A stretch of DNA of 64,000 nucleotides, taken from assembly GCA_003130875.1 (NCBI GenBank), contig QEXY01000163.1, positions 2,136 through 66,135 of the forward strand, written 5' to 3'. Both the position numbers and the translations under genes were made by a program. The DNA comes from Ardenticatenia bacterium (GTDB lineage Bacteria; Chloroflexota; Anaerolineae; 4572-78; NAK82). The notes under the pieces were generated by a model that did not search any database, was not told the origin of the DNA, and worked only from the letters and a program-made list of their open reading frames with translations. This document shows positions 20,545-28,201 of this stretch, one piece after another (position 1 is the first letter of the stretch; each line of letters opens with the position of its first letter).

Positions 20545-21351
20545 ATGAAACCGCACAATTACGAGCTTGCCCTGATGACCACTCTGCAAGTCGAGGACTA
20601 CTTGAAGAAGGGGGGCACGATGGTGCTGGTGCCGGTCGGTTCCACGGAACAACATGGCCCCTATGGCCCCCTGGGCACCGACCACCTCATCGCACAGGAA
20701 GTATGTCGTCGCGTGGCACCCGAGCTGAATGCATTGGTCGCGCCTCCCATCCCTTACGCGCTCTCCATCCTGCACAGGGGACGTCCGGGGGTGGTCTACG
20801 TCAAAATGGATTCGTTCATGAAATACGTCCAGGATGTCGCACTCGCCCTGAACGAGAGTGGCTTTCGACGTATCGTCTTTGTGAACGGACATTATGACAA
20901 TGGTCCAGGGGTCACCTTCGCTTTGCGGAGCATATACGATCGCTTCACGCCCGGCACATTTGCCTTTTGTTTTAACTATTGGGACGCTTTGAAATGGGAT
21001 GAGGTGGGCACCTATTTGGGGCCTGAAGCGGGTCTGCATGCCAATATCGGTGAAACGGCAGTCATGATGCGCATTAATCCGGACAGCGTGGATATGACAG
21101 AAGCAGTTGCCGGATGGCCCGCGCCGCCCGAAGATATCGAGACGGACAAAATGGTGGCCATTATCACCACTGTTATGCCATTGCCCAGTTCGATGGCGTA
21201 CATCTCCCCCACAGGCGGTTGGGGTGATCCGCGCGAGGCCACTCCTGACAAGGGTGAGGAGTACCTCCAAATGATCACCAAGGCGGTGGTGCGCTTCATC
21301 CGGGACATCGAGAAGACGTACCAGAAGATGTATTCCCAGCTCAATGCTTAA
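20545..21351 (+). CDS. Creatininase / creatinine amidohydrolase family protein
   Basis: PVGSTEQHGP..LGTD, VNGHYDN, HANIGET and GGWGDP. RBS AAGGAG before ATG 20545. Confidence 0.9.
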   Translation: MKPHNYELALMTTLQVEDYLKKGGTMVLVPVGSTEQHGPYGPLGTDHLIAQEVCRRVAPELNALVAPPIPYALSILHRGRPGVVYVKMDSFMKYVQDVALALNESGFRRIVFVNGHYDNGPGVTFALRSIYDRFTPGTFAFCFNYWDALKWDEVGTYLGPEAGLHANIGETAVMMRINPDSVDMTEAVAGWPAPPEDIETDKMVAIITTVMPLPSSMAYISPTGGWGDPREATPDKGEEYLQMITKAVVRFIRDIEKTYQKMYSQLNA

Positions 21352-21419
21352 GCGGAAGCTGATCTCCCAGCCTGAAGCTGAACAAGCAGGAGAATCCATG
21401 GGATATTCACAGGAGGGGT

Positions 21420-22109
21420 ATGATGGCGCGTTTCGACAGATTGAAAGTGCTGAACACCATCGTGGACACCGGTTTAGTGCCCGTTTTCTACCATGGGGAT
21501 GTAGAAGTCGCCAAGCACATCGTAAAAGCGTGCATCGCGGGCGGTTCGCCCGTGATTGAGTTCACCAACCGTGGCGATTTTGCCCCCGAGGTTTTCAAGG
21601 AGCTGTCCCGTTTCCTGGCAAAGGAGTCACCTGAAGTCATCCTGGGTGTCGGTTCGGTCATCGATGAGCCAACTGCTGCGATGTACATCGCCTATGGCGC
21701 CAACTTCGTCGTCGGGCCGATCCTCAACGAGGCTGTGGCCCGGTTGTGCAACCGGCGCAAGATCGCCTACATGCCTGGATGCGGCAGTGCATCGGAGATC
21801 TCCTGTGCTGAGGAGTTGGGAGTCGAGATTGTCAAGATCTTCCCAGGCAACTCGGTGGGAGGGCCGGACTTTGTCAAAGCCATCTTGGGGCCGATGCCGT
21901 GGACGCGCATCATGCCGACCGGAGGCGTGGATGCGACTTATGAGAGCATCCAGGCGTGGTTCAAGGCGGGTGTCTGTGCGGTGGGCATGGGCTCCAATCT
22001 GATCACCAAGGACGCGGTAGCTGCGAAGGATTGGGACGCAATCGCACAGAAGGTGCGCCAAGTGTTGGCCTGGATTAAAGAGGTGCGAGGCGATAAACCA
22101 CGCGCTTGA
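21420..22109 (+). CDS. eda: KHG/KDPG aldolase family protein
   Basis: IEFTNR, LGVGSV, VKIFPG, MPTGGV and AVGMGS motifs. Confidence 0.88.
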   Translation: MMARFDRLKVLNTIVDTGLVPVFYHGDVEVAKHIVKACIAGGSPVIEFTNRGDFAPEVFKELSRFLAKESPEVILGVGSVIDEPTAAMYIAYGANFVVGPILNEAVARLCNRRKIAYMPGCGSASEISCAEELGVEIVKIFPGNSVGGPDFVKAILGPMPWTRIMPTGGVDATYESIQAWFKAGVCAVGMGSNLITKDAVAAKDWDAIAQKVRQVLAWIKEVRGDKPRA

Positions 22110-22506
22110 CCGTTGTGATCGCACGAAGATCGACCACCTGGAGATTTGAACCGAGCCGCGACTATGAGAACGTGGTGCCACAGCCACTTACTCATCTGCG
22201 CGGCTCGGTTCGCACGATCTACATCACACCCCCTATCCGTGCCGCAATCGCCAAGGAGTGGCCGAAATTCGCAAATGCAGGGATTGCGAATCCGGCGAGC
22301 GCCCTTGAAGCAAATATGGCATCGCCAGCGCGATGTTATGTGTTTCACTGTCTTGATGACTGAGGTCATGGCGCGCGGGTTCGCATCGGGGTGTCCGCTA
22401 ATGGGAGGTGCTCCCTCTGTGCCGATGGAGGGCCAGCAACAGGCTTCGCAGAGATAATCTCATATCCTGTCTTGCACCAAATAGTACTGCTCTCTTAGCA
22501 CACCTC

Positions 22507-22596
22507 GAGGATGTTGAAAAAGTCCCCTGACCGCTCAGGTTTTCATAGGAAAATGGGCCGATAAAGCGGGTAACTAAAGAGTTTTTCAACACTCTC
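22507..22596. mobile_element. 90-bp MITE-like element with 18-bp imperfect TIRs and a 7-bp flanking direct repeat
   Basis: Left GAGGATGTTGAAAAAGTC versus reverse complement of right GAGAGTGTTGAAAAACTC (15/18 identical). ACACCTC occurs at 22500-22506 and 22597-22603. Confidence 0.65.
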
Positions 22597-22608
22597 ACAC
22601 CTCCTAAT

Positions 22609-22638
22609 TTGACATCCTAGACATCATGCACTTATAAT
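22609..22638 (+). promoter_or_regulatory. sigma70 promoter of the marR-RND operon
   Basis: TTGACA-N18-TATAAT. Confidence 0.7.
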
Positions 22639-22700
22639 TTCATTTGCGTTGTTAACTATTTATTCTGACAAATATTCGTGTTAGAAAATTCTATATTCTT

Positions 22701-22714
22701 ATTTTGCGCAAAAT
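22701..22714. promoter_or_regulatory. Perfect 14-bp palindrome, candidate MarR operator
   Basis: ATTTTGCGCAAAAT between the promoter and the marR start. Confidence 0.4.
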
Positions 22715-22736
22715 ACAAAAACTGAGGTTTTCTGTT

Positions 22737-23345
22737 ATGAACAAAGTTGCTGTTTCTCGCGCAGAACGCTTGCGTCGCATCAGTGCTACGTTTGTGGTGC
22801 TGATGTGGATCGCGATGCGGCGCTTCTGGCAATTGTTACAAGCCTTCGGTTTGACTCCGCCGCAGTTCATGGTGCTCTTCGCCTTGGTGAAGGCACGCAC
22901 GCCACGCTCGATGAACGATCTCACCGACATCACCTTTCAAGACGCGCCCACGATGACCGGCATCATCGACCGTCTTGAGAAAGCGGGCCTTGTGGAGCGC
23001 GCACGCAGCACGACTGACCGTCGTGTGGTATTGGTGCAAGCCACACAAGCAGGCGTAGCGCTGCTCAGGCAAGTGAGCGAGAAGCTGTTGGATGACGACG
23101 TGGCCGGTTGCGCAGTCCTCACTGATGAAGAATTGGCTGACACGGAAGCCTTATTCCAGGAGATCTTTCGCATCCATCTGAAACGTTTCCACATCGCTGT
23201 TGAAAATGTGGAGGACATTATCAGCCAGTGGGATCTGTCGTTGCACGATCTGATCCCCTTGGACGAGGCTTCTCAGGTAACGTATGCGGAGGATGTACCT
23301 CTCCAACCGTCATCGGTATCCCAGATTGACAACTTCGAAAGCTAA
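22737..23345 (+). CDS. MarR-family transcriptional regulator with acidic C-terminal extension
   Basis: GLTPPQFMVL...TMTGIIDRLEKAGLVERARSTTDRRVVLVQAT winged-helix signature. Confidence 0.92.
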   Translation: MNKVAVSRAERLRRISATFVVLMWIAMRRFWQLLQAFGLTPPQFMVLFALVKARTPRSMNDLTDITFQDAPTMTGIIDRLEKAGLVERARSTTDRRVVLVQATQAGVALLRQVSEKLLDDDVAGCAVLTDEELADTEALFQEIFRIHLKRFHIAVENVEDIISQWDLSLHDLIPLDEASQVTYAEDVPLQPSSVSQIDNFES

Positions 23346-23362
23346 AGAGGAGAAGGAAGGCT

Positions 23363-24772
23363 ATGAAGAGATGGGTTTTGGGCATGCTCATTCTGATGAT
23401 CCTGGCTGCTTTGCTGACTACCAGTTGCGCGCCGACGACTCAACGCGTCGCGCGCGCGGCGGAACCCTTGAAAGCCGCTGCGGTGTCTGTGCTCGTCGCC
23501 CCCGCCCGCACGGGGACGATCTCGCGTATTTACAACTATTCAGGTGACCTGCGTCCCAAGCACAGCGTCAACATCCTGCCTGTAGCCGCAGGGCGTATCG
23601 AATCCCTCCTGGTCGAAGTAGGCGATGCGGTCAAGGCGGGCGACCCCATCGCGCTTGTCGAAAGCAAGACCTATGCCGCCCAGCTGAAGCAAGCGGAAGC
23701 GAATTTGGAGCTGGCGCGGCTCAACCTGGCTAAGATGGAAGAAGGTACACGCCCGGAACAGATCGCTGCGGCGGAGGCGGCAGTGCGCTTCGCGCGCAGC
23801 GCAGTCAACGATTTACTCAACATAAGTGATGAGGAACGCACCGCTGCTGCAGCAAACCTGGCGCAGGCGGAGGCTGCTCTGAAACTGGCGCAGGCGGAGT
23901 ACGACAAAGTGGCCTGGGCCGGCCAGGTGGGTATGCTGCCCCAATCCTTGAAGTTGGAACAGGCTACTATCGCTTACGAAGCTGCTCGGGCCGCCTATAA
24001 CTTGCAGACTCATCCCAGCGATGTGCAGCTATCTCCCCTGATGGTCCAGCTAGCCCAAGCGGAGCTGGCGCTTGCTCTGGCCAAAAACCCCTATACCCAG
24101 ACCGATTTCGAGCTGGCGCGCGTTAAGATCAAGCAAGCGGAAGCAGCTGTTGAACTGGCGCGCATCCAGATGGATGAGACCACCATCCGTGCTCCGTTTG
24201 ACGGTATCGTAGCAGAGCTATACGTGACCGAAGGTAGCATGGTCGGGCCAAGCACGCCAGTTGCTTTGTTTGTCTCCCGGGATCTGGAGGCGGTTATCAA
24301 CGTGGAGGAAAGCCGCATTCAGGAGGTAAAGCCCGGGCAACATGCCGCCATCAAAGTCAGGGCGTATCCCGATGAGGACTTTCCCGCTGTGGTCACCAGT
24401 ATCGCGCCGGTAGCCGACTCGGCCACGCGCACATTTGTGGTCAAGGTCACCCCGGTGGACGAAGCCGGCAAACTGCGTGGCGGTATGTATGCTGACTTAG
24501 CGCTCCTGGTCGAGGAAAAGCAGGCGGCATTGCTCGTGCCGCGCGCAGCAGTGACGTTGATCAACAACAAGGAAGCCGTTTACGTGGTGCAGGATGACGT
24601 CGCCCATATACGTCTGGTGACCACAGGGCTCACGGACGGCGAAAATGTCGAAATTCTGAGTGGATTGCGACCCGGCGAAATGGTTGTCACCGCTGGTCAG
24701 AACAGCTTAAGTGACGGCGCGCGGGTGCAGATCGCCTCTGAAACCAAGCCACTGACTCAAGCAGCACGCTGA
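23363..24772 (+). CDS. RND efflux periplasmic adaptor (MFP) with lipobox and long coiled-coil hairpin
   Basis: LLTTSC lipobox, lipoyl-like GRIESLLVEVGDAVKAGDPIA, IRAPFDGIV and GLRPGEMVVTAGQ. Confidence 0.92.
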   Translation: MKRWVLGMLILMILAALLTTSCAPTTQRVARAAEPLKAAAVSVLVAPARTGTISRIYNYSGDLRPKHSVNILPVAAGRIESLLVEVGDAVKAGDPIALVESKTYAAQLKQAEANLELARLNLAKMEEGTRPEQIAAAEAAVRFARSAVNDLLNISDEERTAAAANLAQAEAALKLAQAEYDKVAWAGQVGMLPQSLKLEQATIAYEAARAAYNLQTHPSDVQLSPLMVQLAQAELALALAKNPYTQTDFELARVKIKQAEAAVELARIQMDETTIRAPFDGIVAELYVTEGSMVGPSTPVALFVSRDLEAVINVEESRIQEVKPGQHAAIKVRAYPDEDFPAVVTSIAPVADSATRTFVVKVTPVDEAGKLRGGMYADLALLVEEKQAALLVPRAAVTLINNKEAVYVVQDDVAHIRLVTTGLTDGENVEILSGLRPGEMVVTAGQNSLSDGARVQIASETKPLTQAAR

Positions 24773-24786
24773 GGACAAGAGAGCCT

Positions 24787-27700
24787 ATGGGACTCACACG
24801 ACTTGCCATCCGTAGACCGTTAACGATGTTGATGATCATCCTGGCACTGGTGGTGCTGGGCTATCGCTCACTCACCCTGATGCAGGTTGATCGTTATCCC
24901 AAGGTAGACTTTCCCTACGTCAGCGTGGTGACCGTCTTTCCGGGTGCTGGCCCGGAGGATGTGGAAGACCTGATCGTCAAACCGATTGAGGATGCTGTCG
25001 CGGGCATCTCAGGCATTGACCAGATCATGTCCACCGCACGCGAGGGAGTGGGCATTGTGATCATCGGCTTTGTCGAGGGTACCAACGGCGACCAAGCGGC
25101 TATCGATGTGGAACGCCAAGTCGCCTCAGTGCGAGGCAGCTTGCCTGCAGAAGCCTATGATCCCACCATCATCAAGGCGGATATCAACGCCATCCCCATT
25201 ATGGAAATCGTGCTGAGCGGTCCCCAGGGCCAGGACGAGCTGTTTGACATTGCCAAAAATGACGTCAGGCCTCGCTTGCAGGCGATCAAAGGTGTGGCGT
25301 CGGTGAACATCTCCGGTGGACGCGAGCGCGAGATCCAGGTGGAAGTCGATCCTGCCAAGCTGGCTGCCTATCGTGTCCCGCTGGAGAATGTGCAGCGCGC
25401 TCTGCAGGCGAACAATCTTACTTTCCCAGTGGGTTCCATCGACATCGGGCGCCAGCGGACGGCAGTGCGCTCAGTTGGAGAATTCACTTCGCTGGAACAG
25501 ATCGGGGATGTGGTCATTTCCACCGGCGGAGGCCAAAGTGGTGTCCCGGGCCGACCGGGTCAGGACATTGGTGGATACGTTTACCTGCGCGACATCGCCA
25601 CGATCCGAGAAGGGTACAAGGACAAGACCCAGATCCTGCGCTACAACGGCATCGAAGCCGTCAGCATCAGCGTGCTCAAGACCTCCGACGCCAATACCAT
25701 CCAGGTGGCTGACACGGTCCGTGAGGTGGTTGAAGAGCTGAACAGCAAGCTACCCACGGGCGCGCAGATGACCATTGTGATCGACGACTCAAAATTCACG
25801 CGCGAGGCGGTGGAAGCGGTGCAGGAGGAACTGATTTTGGCCATCCTGATCACTGGCCTGGTGATGCTCCTCTTCCTGCACACGATCCGCAGCACATTTA
25901 TCGTGGTACTAGCTATCCCCACCTCCATTATGTCCACGTTCATTGTGATGTGGGCACTCGGCTTCACGCTGAATACGCTCACCCTTCTGGCTTTGACGCT
26001 GACCATCGGCATCTTGGTGGATGACTCGATTGTGGTGCTGGAAAACATCGAGCGTCACCTGAAGATGGGCAAACCCCCGCGTCAGGCTGCTCTGGACGGT
26101 CGCTCTGAGATCGGGCTGGCGGCCATCACCATTACGTTGGTAGACGTGGTCGTATATGTGCCGGTGGCATTTTCGAGCGGCATCGTGGGACAGTTCTTCC
26201 GCTCGTATGGCATCACCATCGCCACTACAACGCTTTTCTCGCTGTTTGTATCCTTCACGCTGACCCCGATGCTGGCGGCATTGTGGATGCGCGACGAAAG
26301 CCAACCGCAGCCCAAGCCACGCGGATTGCGTCGTGTGTTCAGTATCCTGTTCTGGCCGGTGAGCATCATCTGGAAGGGCTTCGTCCGTGTGTGGGATGCA
26401 GCTTTTGAGGGTTTGGCGCGCCTCTACGCGGCAACACTGCGCTTTTTCTTGCGCAATTGGGGCACTTCCTTCCTGGCTGTCTTCATCGCCGGACTCTCGT
26501 TGGTCGCCGGCGCGTGGCTGGTGCTGAGCGGCGTGGTGGGCTCTGAATTCACCCCGCAAGAAGACGATGCCCAGTTCACCGTAAACATCCAGATGCCGGC
26601 CGGCACCAACCTGGCTGCAACCGATCAGGCAGCCCGCCAAGTCGAGCAGCTCATCCTGCAGGAAGTGCCCGAGACCGTTGCGATTTTGACCAATGTCGGA
26701 TCGGGTGGAAGCACCTTTGGTATCAGCACCGGTGGTGCCGCTAACAGCGCCACGATCCGCGTGCGCGTGGTGGAGAAGACCCAACGTCAGCGCAGCACGG
26801 TGCAGATCGTCGAGGCATTGCGCCCATTAGTCCAGCAAATACCTGAAGCCACCATCTCGCTTAACCTGAGCTCATCTCTGGGTGGGGGAGGAGGAATGGG
26901 TGGCACCATCCAGATCCAGGTGTATGGGGAGGACCCGGAGCGACTGATCGACCTGGCGAATCAGGTCGAGGCGGTGATGCGCACTGTTCCGGGGACGACT
27001 GACATCCAGAACCTGGATGCGGCGCGTGCACCCGAGGCGCGCTTGGTGGTAGAACGACAGCGCGCGCTTGACCTGGGGCTTTCACCCGCTCAGGTGGCCG
27101 GCACACTGCGCACCGCGCTCAGCGGCGCCAAAGTGGGCACGTTCAAGCAACCGGGCAAGTCGGATGTGGACATCACGTTACGCGTCAATGAAACAGCGCG
27201 TGCCGACCTGCAGAAGCTCGCCGAGCTACCGTTGAGCTACCGAGCCGGCAAGGAGATCCGCCTGGCTCAGGTGACCACACTGCAGAGTGACCTGGCGCCC
27301 GCCATCATCAAGCGCACCGACCGCCAGCGACAACTGACAGTGAGCAGTGGTGTCACCGGACGGGCATCGGGAGACGTCACGGATGACATCGAGGCAGCCA
27401 TTAAAGCGAACGTGACCTTCCCCGAAGGCTACGGTTTCCGTTTAGGTGGACAGTCCCAGGCGCAACGCGAGTCGTTCGCCGAGCTGGGTTCGGCACTCAT
27501 ACTCTCGATTGGGTTGATCTACATGCTGCTGGTGGCGCTTTTCCAGAGCTGGCTGAATCCACTGGCGATCATGTTCTCGCTGCCCGTTTCGGTGGTCGGC
27601 GCTTTCGGTGGTCTGCTGATCACGAACAACACACTCAACCTGGTCTCTCTGCTGGGCATTATCCTGCTCACGGGTATCGTCACCAAGAACGCCATTCTGT

Positions 27701-28182
27701 TGGTGGACTTCACCAACGTGCTGCGACGTGAGCACGGCTACAGCCGTCGTGATGCGTTGGTTGAGGCAGGACGGCTGCGCCTGCGCCCCATCCTGATGAC
27801 AACAGCAGCACTGGTGTTCGCCCTGTTGCCTCTGCTGTTCAGCATTGGGGCCGGTTCCGAAATCCGTGCACCGCTGGCTGCGGTGGTCATCGGCGGCAAT
27901 ATTACCTCGACGCTGCTGACGCTCATCCTCGTGCCGGTGGTGTACACCTTCCTCGACGGCGGCAGCAACCTGGCGCGACGCATCGTGCGCCGCATCTTGG
28001 GCAGCGAGCCCGAAGTCAGGGAAGCACCGGAGGCGCCGCAGCCAGCTGGGCCCACGCCCACACCGCCGACGCCGCCTGCGCCGCCACGTCCACCGCGCCC
28101 GCGACGGCCCGAGCCACAACCCCAACCGGGCACGACATCTTTCAACCCGTCGCTGCCGCAAAACGAACCGGATAAAGGTTGA
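24787..28182 (+). CDS. RND efflux permease (AcrB/HAE1-like) with Pro-rich C-terminal tail
   Basis: 1131 aa with ILVDDSIVVLENI, GIVTKNAILLVD and RLRPILMTT. Proton-relay residues are intact. Confidence 0.96.
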   Translation: MGLTRLAIRRPLTMLMIILALVVLGYRSLTLMQVDRYPKVDFPYVSVVTVFPGAGPEDVEDLIVKPIEDAVAGISGIDQIMSTAREGVGIVIIGFVEGTNGDQAAIDVERQVASVRGSLPAEAYDPTIIKADINAIPIMEIVLSGPQGQDELFDIAKNDVRPRLQAIKGVASVNISGGREREIQVEVDPAKLAAYRVPLENVQRALQANNLTFPVGSIDIGRQRTAVRSVGEFTSLEQIGDVVISTGGGQSGVPGRPGQDIGGYVYLRDIATIREGYKDKTQILRYNGIEAVSISVLKTSDANTIQVADTVREVVEELNSKLPTGAQMTIVIDDSKFTREAVEAVQEELILAILITGLVMLLFLHTIRSTFIVVLAIPTSIMSTFIVMWALGFTLNTLTLLALTLTIGILVDDSIVVLENIERHLKMGKPPRQAALDGRSEIGLAAITITLVDVVVYVPVAFSSGIVGQFFRSYGITIATTTLFSLFVSFTLTPMLAALWMRDESQPQPKPRGLRRVFSILFWPVSIIWKGFVRVWDAAFEGLARLYAATLRFFLRNWGTSFLAVFIAGLSLVAGAWLVLSGVVGSEFTPQEDDAQFTVNIQMPAGTNLAATDQAARQVEQLILQEVPETVAILTNVGSGGSTFGISTGGAANSATIRVRVVEKTQRQRSTVQIVEALRPLVQQIPEATISLNLSSSLGGGGGMGGTIQIQVYGEDPERLIDLANQVEAVMRTVPGTTDIQNLDAARAPEARLVVERQRALDLGLSPAQVAGTLRTALSGAKVGTFKQPGKSDVDITLRVNETARADLQKLAELPLSYRAGKEIRLAQVTTLQSDLAPAIIKRTDRQRQLTVSSGVTGRASGDVTDDIEAAIKANVTFPEGYGFRLGGQSQAQRESFAELGSALILSIGLIYMLLVALFQSWLNPLAIMFSLPVSVVGAFGGLLITNNTLNLVSLLGIILLTGIVTKNAILLVDFTNVLRREHGYSRRDALVEAGRLRLRPILMTTAALVFALLPLLFSIGAGSEIRAPLAAVVIGGNITSTLLTLILVPVVYTFLDGGSNLARRIVRRILGSEPEVREAPEAPQPAGPTPTPPTPPAPPRPPRPRRPEPQPQPGTTSFNPSLPQNEPDKG

Positions 28183-28201
28183 TGAGCAGAGGGAATCACC
28201 C

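Noticed and set aside
20545-21351. Creatininase as mycofactocin peptidase MftE, paired with the radical SAM gene
   Set aside because: The genes are 33 kb apart, and no mftA precursor or mftB is seen.
22106-22457. 85-143 aa ORFs between eda and the MITE
   Set aside because: They have no recognisable motifs or RBS and overlap in conflicting frames. They are probably non-coding or a decayed remnant.
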